From: Botryllus schlosseri
Taxonomy: Eukaryota
Length of the DNA: 64,000 nt
Reading direction: 5' to 3'
Assembly (NCBI GenBank): GCA_051294905.1
Contig: CM119372.1
Location: 36,828,001-36,892,000, forward strand
Shown here: piece after piece, positions 51,301-63,378 of the stretch
Layout: each line of letters opens with the position of its first letter
Position numbering within the stretch: the first letter of the stretch is position 1
The notes under the pieces: model-generated
What the model was told of the DNA's origin: nothing
Database searches by the model: none
Seen by the model: the letters and a program-made list of their open reading frames with translations, nothing else
Made by a program: the position numbers and the translations under genes

Positions 51301-52768
51301 GCGGCATAATTACAACACATGCCTATGTAGGGATACCATATGTCCTATTTTTTCAAGTAATGTAAAATGTTCAAAGTTGACGTCTAAATGTCTCCTTTTT
51401 CGCAATATATCCTCTTAATATAGATATGAGAGTTAAGCGACTGTACAAAGACAACTAAACAATGTCACGATAGACGTGAGAACTGGCTTTCGAAGGAATT
51501 TGTAAACAATAAACAACGTTCCACGGGAGGTTGGCTACAACCAATTATACGTGGGAATGGGTCTTTCGGTGGTCGAGTCGAGAATAACCTTGTTTTAATG
51601 ACTTTGTTATTTAACGTAACCAAAAATTGGACGCGGAAGACGCATTTTAGGTGCCGAATCGGAAAAATTAATTAACCGTAAAAATTTCAAAATTACCCGT
51701 TTTAACGTCGGCTATTGTAAATTTTGTGACTTGTAAAAAGTGTCCTCGATTTCGGATGTATAAATATGGTGATGCTAGCCGCCTAGCGGGATAGTTAATG
51801 TTGGCCGATCAATTTAGTCAGGTTGTTCAGGTTGTATACCGCAAATGCGACTATCACTTGCCATATTCTACTACAAGTTAGAAATACCCTTGCGAGATAC
51901 CATTCTTCTTGTTCGAGGTCGTAGGCTCAATTCTGTTCCTGACGATACGAAGCATATCGTTGTTTTCATATATGTTGCGCTTAATACAGGTAAAACAGAA
52001 TGGAACGAACGGCCTACCTGTTCTAAAAACTGGAAATCTTCCAGCATCACTTCCACCCCACCCATTTGCCAAACTATAATGATCCTTGAAATCTGCTGAC
52101 AAACAGACAGAAATTAATGATTCGTCCTTGCCTTATCGTCTCCCCAGCAGCGTACTACATCATACCAGTCTCGTTCGAATGATAGTTTTGAAATTGAACA
52201 TTCAGATTCATTTTGTGTTTATTTGCAAATTTTCGAATCTTCTTCAAAACATGACTCCTGTACTGTGGAGCACGAAGCTGAGTATCCCTTTGAGAATGTT
52301 CTGTATATTGATAATAATGTATAGAGACATTGACTTGCGATGAATATCTGGAAACAAATAGACCTACAACACACAATGAAACGTCGCCTAATTTAAAGGA
52401 ATCGAATAGTTACGGTTCGGCATAGTATAGTCGGATATCTTCCAGTATAAAGCCAGGTGTTTATGAACTCGGTTGTTGATTATCCTACGTAACTAGTATT
52501 ACTTGATTCAGCCATTTCATAATTCAGAGTTTGAGCTCGCTACAAAGTGAGTTTACACCATGAGTTATTACAAGCTAATTATCTTCGACATTTGTTTTTA
52601 ATATTTTACAGACCTGTGCAGCACTTGGATGCTGTGATGTAGCGCTGCTTGTCGGCACTGCAATGACATAACGAACCATTCCAATAACTCCGACATCAAA
52701 ATTGCACATCGATACTTACATACGCTAAGAACAGCATACGACACGGTCAATCTCCATAGAAGATTCAT
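45318..52768 (-). CDS. Candidate multi-exon gene for an unrecognised secreted protein
   Basis: Exons 52720-52768 and 52614-52657 give MNLLWRLTVSYAVLSVLPTSSATSQHPSAAQ, which is signal-peptide-like. Open phase-1/phase-1 exons with AG/GT ends lie at 52018-52095, 51888-51938, 51116-51169 (weak acceptor), 47346-47510 and 45318-45398. No family was recognised and the exon linkage is inferred. Confidence 0.35.
46240..47020 (+). mobile_element. hAT remnant with (GTCAAAATTT)n subterminal repeats
   Basis: tagggcgg start, gtcaaaattt repeats, and a CQPTTATVE...LLSKD..FL..NVGKY C-terminal remnant. Confidence 0.6.
48081..50510. mobile_element. Non-autonomous hAT element, 2430 bp, with internal ~200-bp tandem repeats
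   Basis: TIR cagtggcggctcgt / acgagccgccactg, perfect TSD cctgcatc, and 3-4 diverged units at ~49400-50080. Confidence 0.92.
50545..50790 (+). mobile_element. Possible tRNA-derived SINE
   Basis: A-box-like TGACGCAATGTG (50549-50560), B-box GGTTCGAGCCC (50594-50604), and (GA)n near 50778. No cloverleaf was verified. Confidence 0.4.
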
Positions 52769-52940
52769 TTCAAAACGAAGGATATCGCTTTAATGCTGCT
52801 CTGGATCTCATAGGCATGGCGGCTTTTATATCAATTTAGTGATACATTGACATTGTCTTTATAAGGTTACTCAGCTGTATAGGCTGTATCCTGAAATATG
52901 TAGCCTAAATCTAACCCGACTCATCCGCTTGTAGTCTAAA

Positions 52941-54200
52941 CCAGTGGTTCTCAACCGCCGGTCCGCTGACCGGTGCGGGTCCGCGACGACATTCCTGCCG
53001 GTCCGCCAGGCATATCACAATTTCATACCTTAATTTCAAGATGCAATTTTGAAGGCGACAAGTACAAAATAGATACGAGCTGACTCACGTTAAACAGCGC
53101 AGTTTGCGCGATCATTCGTTCTCGATTTATTCATTTTGTGCTGGACCGTAACTGGGGAACCCTAAACCACCAAATTGGAGAGTGGCCGAGCTTGAAAAGG
53201 GTTCAAAGTTATTTGGCAAATGAACATAAATCATAGTGTATTTTTTGGAAACTTTTCCCAGCATTTTTCGATTTCTTTTCGCGCTCTTCGCGCTTTAGTG
53301 TCACTAACTGCCTCGCATCTAGGTGCCCTTCTCCGAGAAATACGCATGATTTATAGAAATAGGCATTTTTACGTCAGCCATTGCCGCGCCACGATGTACC
53401 AACACATAATAAGGTTTAGGCTTACATGGAACTCCGAAAGTTGTGTCAAATATTTGGCAGCGAGAAAACCGATTCAGTCATGAAAGATCGAAAAGTTTCG
53501 CTATTGGCGCGATTAAGCTACATAAACTCTCTGCTTACACTGAGTAGAATGAATGTGCTCACAAGTACAGGTGAAAACATCAACCCAACTGTAGGGTCTG
53601 GGGGCATAGCCCCCAGAAGTTTGGCTTATCGCCCTGAGGGAGCCCAAGACCAAAGTTTTGGGGGGTGGGATGACGAAGTCATTTTTCTGCCCGGATTTGC
53701 GCATGACCGGTATAGCTGCTGTAAGGTGTTTTCTTGCGGCACGCATTGTATTCATATAATTACCAGAGTAGCCTGCGTCTGGTGGCAGTGGGCAATGAGC
53801 AAGGTAGCACGACAATTTGCTTGGTTCTACTCCGAAACACTTATTCTCTCGCGATATTGTCAAAGACAAGAATATTATTAGTGTTGGCGTAGTCGGTTAA
53901 ACCCACGGCCTTCGGCGCGAAAGACTGTAAACGACTCTCGGCGGTAGCACGTTTATATCTGCACAAGGAAATTTTACCTCGACTCAGCAGACTCACTACC
54001 ATAAAACCACATGGATGCCATCATGAAGATAATTAGTAACGATCAAGACCCTCTAAATGTCACTATCTAGCACCATATATTTGCAAAAAACGGTTGCATA
54101 CTCAACATTTTTGCTTAATTTCAATTTTCAAAGTTCACCGGTCCGCCAGACAATTTTTTGAAATTTTACCGGTCCGCGAGGCGAAAAAGGTTGAGAAAGG
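52941..54200. mobile_element. Charlie-like MITE with nested repeats
   Basis: cagtggttctcaaccgccggtccgc at ~52941 and aaaaaggttgagaa near 54185-54198. The right flank is shared with the family at 18640-18837. Confidence 0.6.
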
Positions 54201-55242
54201 TCTAAACTTTAAACTGAAATTATAACAGAACAATTCTGAATGAGGATCTGATAACTGTAAAATCCCACGATTTCGAGTGTTAAACATACGTCTGCCATGG
54301 TTAATTACATTTGGCCATATGCGTTGTTATTGTTCACGGCTAACTAATAACCTCGTCTTCTGCGGAAATACGAATCCTTGTAACAGTTTTGAAAGGGGCG
54401 CAACGGATATGACTTCAGTGCGCGCATGTAAAAACAATGTTTTAATGCACTATAAATAAGTGACATAAGTTCATTAGGATGTACTTACGGCCATGTCTGC
54501 TTTATTAGTTCCAAAACCATTTTGACTGAAGTGCTGGTGAGGTCATTAAAACATAATATGTAACATGGTAATATACGCCAGAATCTGGCGCTCAGACCTC
54601 ATTCATAATTAATCTTATCGTACCCAAATCAAAGTTCATAGTCGCTAAAGGACAGGTATTGCTTCAAAAAAAAATTTTGCACTTTCGAGTAAATTCAAAA
54701 TTTTCAACCTGAACGACATCCGCGATTACCGGTTGGAATGAATTCAAATTTGGTGTTCATCGTTTTTAAGGCAACCTAACGATTTAGTCAAGTATCCAGC
54801 ACGATTCGGGAAAAAAAGTTGTTTTTGAACAGCCCTAGTATACACTCTTCTATTGAAGTATATTGGCAGAGATATCGCATCACATCAGAAGGCATGAACT
54901 GACTACAACTCTCCTTGAAGTCAAATTCGAATTTGATTTCCAGTCAAAATATGCTAACTTTTATATATGTTCGGCTATGCTTATTTAAGCTTTTAGCTTC
55001 CCATCAAATGTTGTTTTGTAATTTATCTGTATCTATTCAGTTAAGTTTTTCCATCACGCTTTTCCTGCACCATCACCACATCATCCATATTTATAATACA
55101 TCAACCAGACACAAATAGAAAATATTCATTCGTGAGACCGTTGACTTTTTTTATATAGAGAACTCGCATTTCAGAGCAACGACAGTAGTGATCAGAATAT
55201 GGTTCAGACCACCCCCGGTTATTTCGTGAGGTCGTCAAAGTT

Positions 55243-58200
55243 TCATCCTTCGGTCAACGGACAGGACGGATTATTTTCTACATAGTCCCCATCATTTGGC
55301 GGCATGAAATCGCTAAAATAGTTCTGAACAAGCAAACAAATCCAGTTATTTTGACTTCAGGCATTGGTAATTAATGCATGGACACTTACCAGCAAAGATT
55401 TCCCTTTATTGAGACAGGTCGTATATTGTTTCGTGTTTTGCATGAAGTCCTGGGCAAACCGCCGCTTTTGGTCGTCCCATACCACCTTGATATTTCAAAC
55501 ATGATTCCGTCAGTGAAGGATAGGGAAAAAGTATTTCTGCTGGTCCAATGGTTCTCAAAAATTGGGACGTGGCATCCCCCTGGGGGGACGGTGGCGTGAA
55601 AGCATCTGGGGGAGCGGCAACGCCGCCTGAGATGAATGAAGTTTCAGTAATGGCAATAAAACTTAAACGACTATCCCTTGAAACTCGAATGATGATTTAC
55701 TATAAAAACTATAACACAGGTAGTCAATGACTGTATTTTGTCTATTACATTCTTTCTTAATGTATAAATTATGACAATGTACAATTGTACATTTTTCGTA
55801 AACTTGACTATAAAGCATTCCCATGCTATATAAAATTATGGATTTTCTGGCAACATTTTAATAGCTCAATGTTAATAATCCTACACATGTCTTGCCTGCC
55901 CACGATCGAAGGGCCGTGACCCAACTCCAGGTTGACATTCCTGAATTACAGACGTTTGCCACCTATACGGACAAACTAGAGTGCGGCGGAACGTGGTTAA
56001 TAACCATCTGTATACAGCTGAGAGTTTGCGAAATTTGTTTCTCTTCGGGAATCGCTATTTCGTGACTAATTTATATCGGAATAAGGTATTCATCCAATAC
56101 TTGAACTGACCCCGGACAACAGCTTCTCCGATATGACTTTCATCGTATTCCAATAGTCGCGAGATATCTCCTCTCCAACACCACGAACCTCTTCTGGGTC
56201 GAAGGATACGCTTAATCCTTTCGCGAGAACATCGAAATTTTCTAAATTTATACAGCGTATATTCAAATACTCGAAATATATCCGGGAAGAGCACTGGCCT
56301 TAGATATTACCGTAAACTTTTCCCCTTGACCCACATAGGGTCAGAGGTAACGGTGGGTAATGCAGAAGGAAGGCGATACACATTTCGCTCGAAGTTGGTA
56401 AACCTCCCTGAAAAAGATCTCTAATATATAGAAAAGTGTCGCTTTTGCATTTACCGAGCCGCAGAATTGTACTGGTGTGATGTTTTTCCTATCCAGCGTT
56501 GTGTAGCCACATTCCAATGTCAATGCATCGCCCGCTTTTAATAATTTTGGCTCCTCGAAATATTGAATATCCTGATAATTGAAGTCGTAATGCTCATCAG
56601 CTACCATGGCTTTCAGCTCCGTTCCATTCCTACTTCAAAGAAATAACTTTAAATTCACAGGAAATCAGAAATAAGTAACCATAGTGTCCTATATGGTGTC
56701 GACACAAGCAAATCTCACACCTCAGTGAAATTGTATCACGTCACAATTTCCATTTGGCTACAGGCAATTTGACGGTCATTTTTGACCGGCTTGCCGAACA
56801 TTAAATTTGGTGAAACGGGTATCAATCGAAAGCTGACTCTGCACTGATTACGAAAATATAAATTTTATTCCGCTCGTGGCCCTGGAACCCCCACAATCAG
56901 CCTCGAATTATTCATTGTTATGGAGATTGGCACTGTTACGCAACAATGCTGTCTGGTGAAACGAGAGAGTTAATTGGTCACCAGACTTACCGAGGAGAAA
57001 AACCTGTGTCCATGAGCCGCATCGACTACAAATTGACATTTCTTCACAGGCCTCATTATTTCTAATTTTCCGCCGACAGCGGTGTGGTCATTCTGGGCCA
57101 ACGTATTTCGCCGCCGATAGTTTTCGCAGAGCGGAGTGGCATCTTGATCGAAACGTTACTGGTCTTGGTACGCAAATCGTGTTCCTGTTCTCTGTTTATA
57201 TTTTAGCATGGTGCTACCCATATTTAAATCAATACATTCAGTGACACTTGAGCATGCTAGACGCAAGGAATAATTTTCAAGCTGAATAATCAGACCTAAA
57301 TTCTATTAATATTTTTCATGTTCATTTATGAAATAAATATCCCCCTCGAGCTCGCCTCGTCAATTGGGGATTTGGGGTGCGGAAATTACGGCCCTTACTA
57401 TGAACACACTTATTGAGCTTTATTGAATCTTTAGGGTGGACTAGTGCTTATACCACCCTGCTATGAATATTTACCCGATGTTGGTGTCAAAACAATATCG
57501 TAGGATTCGTAGCTATTGGTCCAGAAAACAGGTTCCTAACTTTTTGACTTGGAAGCCATTCTAAAAGTCTTTTGCATGATGAGCAATAAGTTTAAAAGAG
57601 GGATTAAGGTCAATATGCTTCCTGCTGATCTATTATTAACGCGCAACACTATGCTGGTATTAGCACGGCTTGCATGCGATGTAATTCTTCAATCGCTGGT
57701 CAAGTTCAGCGACTGAACATTGTGATGATTCAGACACCGTTTTGGTGATTTTAATGAAACTATTCAAACTATCTGCCAAAATAAAAGAATTATTGCCTGA
57801 AGTGACGCAGTCTCATGGCTGTCCCGGCCAGATGAGAATGAAGGAATATTCCAAAAACCTTTACCTCATCCAACTCAGCTCCTTCCATCGCCTGTACTAT
57901 GAAGTTGTAATAAATGTCAGTGGTCCCGCATAGCTAAACACCGTTACCGTGGTCAAGCAATTTTCGCGACAATAACCGTCAACCTGGAAATGTTCCTGAC
58001 CAGGAGGAATCCATAATGTAGCGAGAGAATGTTGGACATCGAGAAGACCGACCATAGTTTCGGGTTTTTGCGTTATATACGAAATCTGCATGCCCGAGCT
58101 GTCATGAAATTCTAATACAAAAAAGCTCGGAGTAGACTGTGGTCATTTTATAATCTAATCTTTTTACCTTTGATCTCTGGATTGTCATAATGCATTTCTA

Positions 58201-61200
58201 CCATCACATATTGCGGATGACTATGTCCGCCTACTGGAAACCCGGAGTCTTCAGGAAACGAAGTTCCAGACCCACCAACGGCCCAGCCCCCTAATATCTT
58301 TCCGCAGCCAACGAAATAAGGATTGATCTCATCATAGCACTGATATGAGCCTGCCAGAAGTTTTGGGGTCTGAAATTACGAAATTAAATACTAAATTCAC
58401 AGTAGCAAAGTATTCAGTAACACCAACATCGTGTTTAAATGCGAGTCCTAGCAAAAAGGCATATACTCACAACATCTACTTCACACAAATATATTATGAC
58501 GTGATGAACATTACGTTCATTTCCTTCTGTTAGTTGCGGGGAGATCTGAAACATAAATATTAAGAATAAGCCAGGATCAGTGTTGCAGTCGTCGTTATGG
58601 GCGAGTACAAAGTCAACTGAAATATATTTAATTTCTTATTATGATAAAATGCTCTTACATCGCATACTATACACAAAAATGTGACGTCGGACTTTCTCGA
58701 TAGAATAAACTTACCCCGGTGATATATAAAGTTTCATTTGCTTCAGAAAGCTTTGCATACTGACACAAGTAAAAAGTAGACTTGGCTGGTACAAGAAAAT
58801 TGGACGGCCCAACATTGACGTGAAGTCCGTCCTTCTGTCCTGCTGTAAAATAGCAAACGATTGTTCAATGTTCATTAGAGATCGTATGATACAACACTAA
58901 AAAAATTGTTTACGGCGACTTGGACGGAAATAGATAATATACGTCAAGGTATTTCCACACATAGTAAATGCCTATCGCATGTGTAGCTTTGCCAGAGCCG
59001 TTAGTGTATGGCCTTGAGAATTTTAGACATATACATGGTGGCGTAAGTATCAGTAACGGGCTGGTCGTGCCTCATCTGCGACAATGTAATTCTTCATAAA
59101 TAGCTCGGAATTCATAATAACTGGTATCAATCAAATGCTATCGTCAGACTGGTTCCGAAAATCCAAATATTAACAGTGTCAGAGCACCAGCTTAAAAAAA
59201 AACGCCAAAACGCCAAGGAAGGTGACATTCGGCTTTATTACAGACAATGCCATCGCAAAGAAACAATAGCCAGTTGAGGCACAAACGAATCTGCCTCATA
59301 CACTATTCGCTAACAATTGGACAATACAAGAGTACTTGAAAATATGGTTGGCGGTACTAAACTTGAGTATTGCTTTCACAACTACATTCATTGCAGTAAA
59401 GAATTTATTAACTCGAAGACTTTTCGTGTGCCCCTTATCGAGAGTTAACGGCACAATAATAAGCATACAGAGAGAGATTCAAACGAAAACCAAAATGGCA
59501 AAGTATGACGTAATAATACAATAATAAAAAATTAACGCTAGGCAAAGTCAGCTGTACCGGTAGTCATAACAAGAGACGAGAGAATATCAACTTATACTAT
59601 AATACACGGAAGACAACACACAGACAAATAGCGGTATATATTAATGGGAAATTTCAAGATTATATAGAAACTCTTTCTGCCGACATAAATCCGGATTGGT
59701 CAATTTTATTATGGTTGACTCCAAGACTGACAGATGGAAGGCAGATCTGCATTTAGCAATCACAGTGAACATACTGTCATTGTAATGACTGGCACACACC
59801 GGATAGTTCATTAAATGTTGACCAATTGCAGAGTTGAACGCTGAGACCTGGTTATAGGAAGCAGAGTCAACCGCTTCCTTACACCGACGAACAAGTGCAG
59901 ATCGATCGATAGGCTTGTTTACTGACCTAGTCGATTTAGGCACATGTTGGTTCACTCGTTCAGCCAACCGCAAAGATATGCGACCCACATACCGACTATC
60001 ACAGTGGCATTGGAATTTATATACAATATTACTTGTTTGTAAAGCAGGGAGCACATCCTTGCGAGTTTGAGGCATGAGCGGCCTAGTCATGAACACCACT
60101 CGGGTATTTAGCATAAAATAGCACGATTGCACTGATGACCGGATTTGATTAGAAAAGCCGACTGACACTGACCCAAGCCAAGGGAGATGTATGTATACAG
60201 GGCATTTGTCTGGTCCATGAATTCGCGGCTGTTTGAATTGCGACATTTTCTTTGTGATGGCAGATTCAATTACGTAGTCTGGATATCCATTGTCAATCAA
60301 CATGGATTTGATTTTATCAATTTCCACCACGAGCCGAACAACAGAGCATATCATTAGCGCACGGTGAACTAATGACGAAATCAAATTTAATTTCCGTTGT
60401 TTAGGGCAAAATGAGTCCCAGCGAATATAGTGACCGGTAAACGTTGGTTTCCTATATACTGAAGTAATGAAACCGAGGCTGCTCTTTTCCACCAATACGT
60501 CGAGAAAGGCGAGTGAGCCGTCAGACTCTTTTTCGATGGTGAAGTTTAGCGACTCGTGCAAGTTGTTTAGAGAAGCTAAGAAAACATTGCAATCGTCTTC
60601 ACTGTCGAAAATTGCGAATGTGTCATCAACATATCTAACATACATGCGCGGTTTGATTGCATTTAAGAAAAGTTTACTTTCTTGGAAACCAACAAATATA
60701 TTTGCCAAGCTAGGCCCAAGGGGTGACCCCATTGCCAAACCCTACAAGAGTATTGTAGGAATTATATAGTAACGACGGCCAATACGTTATGCGGAGCAAA
60801 TACATTCCCACTACTTATGGCTGTTATGTATTTTCCATCCATAGCTACGTTATATTGTGGTATGTGATAGCTACTTTCATAGACGGCATAGTCGTTGTTT
60901 GTGGTCTTTATGCTGTGTTCAACTGCAATACCTATAACACTTAATTCTGGTATCTGATAGCTATACATTACATAGCCACAATTTCACAACATCAATTTCA
61001 CAATCAATTTCACAATCAATTTCACAATCAATTTCACAACATCACAATTTTCAGTACGAATCATCATCAACGGGTCATGTTTAACCATCATATACAAGTA
61101 ATGTCACGTACAATAGGAAATCTTTCACTGAGTCGCAACTTTTGAACGTGATGTGACGGTGAAGTTTGATAAGTAGTTTCTGGCTTCTAGAGTAGTTTTA

Positions 61201-63378
61201 CAGCGAATATTATGTTCTCAAATTAAAAAATGATAGTTAAATATTGTCGAATACTTCGAAATCCAAAATGCCGTCGCGGGCCGCACAAAATGATCTCGTG
61301 GGCCGCGTGTTTGAGACCTCTGGTAGAGAATCTTGTTAGCACTGCGTAGAAATCGCATTGCTGTAACAGTCTCACGGCATTAAAGCTATATATCCTGATC
61401 ATGGACACTGTAAAATTCTAATATTTACTCCAATTTATCGATATAGATAGATGTTGGATTTGGTGATAAACAAATTATGTTTCAGTACACCGGTCTTAAA
61501 CTCCAATTTTATGGCGGTCCAATTTCCTAGTTTTGATCACGCAGCGGACCGCCACATCAATAATAGGGTTTTTCAATCTCTTTTCTAATTGACAAGTTGC
61601 CCTTATTTGATAGGAACTCGCAGAAGTACATTTAACACCCATCGTGGAAATGTCATTTACTGTGTAGCAATTCACGCCAAGCACGAAAAAAATCACAATA
61701 TCAGATATATAAATAAAATTATTTTTGCACTTGCTTTGGACGCGGGCCGCACAAAACGTTATCGTGGGCCGCGTGTCGGAGGCTTGTGTTTTATTAAATT
61801 ATTCTCACTTGATCTTTTCGCTGAAATCGGATTAATCAATTTCAGGCTCATCCCACCTAAAGCAAATGTAGTAGCCTTAGTAATTGAATGCATATTTTCT
61901 TCATGAGCCAAACGATCTTACCTCTGTTCCAACTGTGATAATATCCAAAATGTGGTTTATTGTTACGCAAGTCGGTTACTCCATACGCCCATATAACCTT
62001 GTACGTACCCGACTAAAATGATGAAGTTATGTAAAAGATATGTTGTAAATGTTGCAGTTATATGAACTGAACTAGTTTATTGACCAAATACGAGCAAAGT
62101 GACCAAATTCTCACTTTGTTCAGGCCATTGCTGGTGCAATTAAATGTGTCATCGTACCGCCATTCATAAATCGCACATAATATATATACCTCTACGTCTA
62201 TATCCATGTCATCCGAATTACAAGACGATCTACTTCGTCGAATTGTGACTCCAGTGTGGGTGTCATTTTCCCAACCGCCAATTACCTCGACGTTTTGATT
62301 CTGATCTACCACAGGTACGCCATTTCGATCCGAATGACAGTCCTGTTAAATCGGAAAACCGCTGTGATATTATGTCATCCAGAATTTTAAATCTAATATC
62401 TTTTTTCGCGTTACATCGCTTCAACAACAGACGAATAGCGGTTTAACAATCCCCGCTAATTATTAGCCTTAGAAATTGACGGTAAACAAGGACACGCCCA
62501 CAACGACAATCAACCTTTGAAGCAATATAAGATATATTCTTGTATTTGTGATGAAAATAGTACCATACCAAAGCGTAAGCCTCGCCGTATCTCACTCCCA
62601 TCATAATAATGTCCGCACCATTCATAGAAGTTGATCGTGAAAAACCAAGTCCTACCCAGCCTTTGGTTGGAGCGATGACCTATTAAATGGAAATCGTACA
62701 CTGTAAACAAAATCGCGCATCCCTATTTCGTAGCGTGCAAATCAGACAAACGACACGTTCACGTACACGATTTGCTTACACTTACCCCAAAGGATCAAAA
62801 CGAGAGAAATATGCCCTTTTCTAAACGAGACGGGGGTAAAGTATGTCCTGATCTCTTGTACCCACCCATCCACCCCGACAAGACACAGAGGATGTTAGGC
62901 CTGCTCGTAATCGGAGAAAAAAAACCTTGGGATCCGTGTACTTGTTCGTTCTCGCGGTTGGGGCGGAATTTCATACTAGAAATTCCCATGGCCCAATTTT
63001 TAACCGATACATTGTTAAAATGGTAAATACATCAATTTTTCTGTAATGTGTATTATTATAACTTTTTGGCGGTTATCGCCGATACAAGTCACGGTAATGA
63101 ATGTTGTAATGCTCATAATTTTCATGCTTTTGGAATACTTTATGGACGGCCTTCAGTCACGCATTTCAGTCATCCCTTTCTTTCTCTCTGTCTCATTCTC
63201 GCTATCTCTCGCCAGAATAAAAACAAAGGAAGGCAAGTTTTATTTACCTGCATTGTAACAGTGTTTTCATCAAAATCCCAATACAAATTGACCGGCTGTA
63301 GTTTATCCAATAATGCATGGTACGGGAATCCTACATATTTGTAATCCAGCGATGCTTCGGGCTGTGTTTTCACGGAAC
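55243..63378 (-). CDS. MOXD1: DBH-like copper type II monooxygenase (MOXD1-like), copy B; 15 coding exons, about 585 aa without the first exon
   Basis: Exons: 63248-63378, 62569-62679, 62190-62342, 61922-62012, 61809-61856, 58715-58842, 58471-58545, 58168-58369, 57948-58111, 57797-57891, 56473-56629, 56311-56407, 56111-56241, 55390-55485, 55243-55323 (TGA). The frame is continuous. Motifs are GWVGLGFS, VHHV, WAVGG, EMHYDNP, LHSHLAG, YDFNYQD and EMC; the protein ends NPSCPLTEG*. Confidence 0.93.
59400..60745 (-). mobile_element. 5'-truncated Penelope-like element in a MOXD copy B intron
   Basis: RT C-half plus GIY-YIG ORF, followed by a 3' region ending in AATAAA at ~59404-59409. Confidence 0.85.
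59641..60738 (-). CDS. Penelope-like RT (C-half) + GIY-YIG endonuclease, truncated
   Basis: AMGSPLGP.LANIF, YVRYVDDTF, FLDVLV, VYRKPT, NIVYKFQC.C...YVGR....L..R..QH. Confidence 0.92.
   Translation of the reverse strand: MAMGSPLGPSLANIFVGFQESKLFLNAIKPRMYVRYVDDTFAIFDSEDDCNVFLASLNNLHESLNFTIEKESDGSLAFLDVLVEKSSLGFITSVYRKPTFTGHYIRWDSFCPKQRKLNLISSLVHRALMICSVVRLVVEIDKIKSMLIDNGYPDYVIESAITKKMSQFKQPRIHGPDKCPVYIHLPWLGSVSVGFSNQIRSSVQSCYFMLNTRVVFMTRPLMPQTRKDVLPALQTSNIVYKFQCHCDSRYVGRISLRLAERVNQHVPKSTRSVNKPIDRSALVRRCKEAVDSASYNQVSAFNSAIGQHLMNYPVCASHYNDSMFTVIAKCRSAFHLSVLESTIIKLTNPDLCRQKEFLYNLEISH
60977..61050. repeat. 12-bp tandem repeat (caatttcacaat), about 6 copies
   Basis: Seen directly in the sequence. 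Confidence 0.85.

Noticed and set aside
52040-52090. DHYSLANGWGG as a GnRH/corazonin-like peptide
   Set aside because: There is no N-terminal Gln after the signal peptide and no adjacent G-K/R-R site; only the NGW motif is shared.
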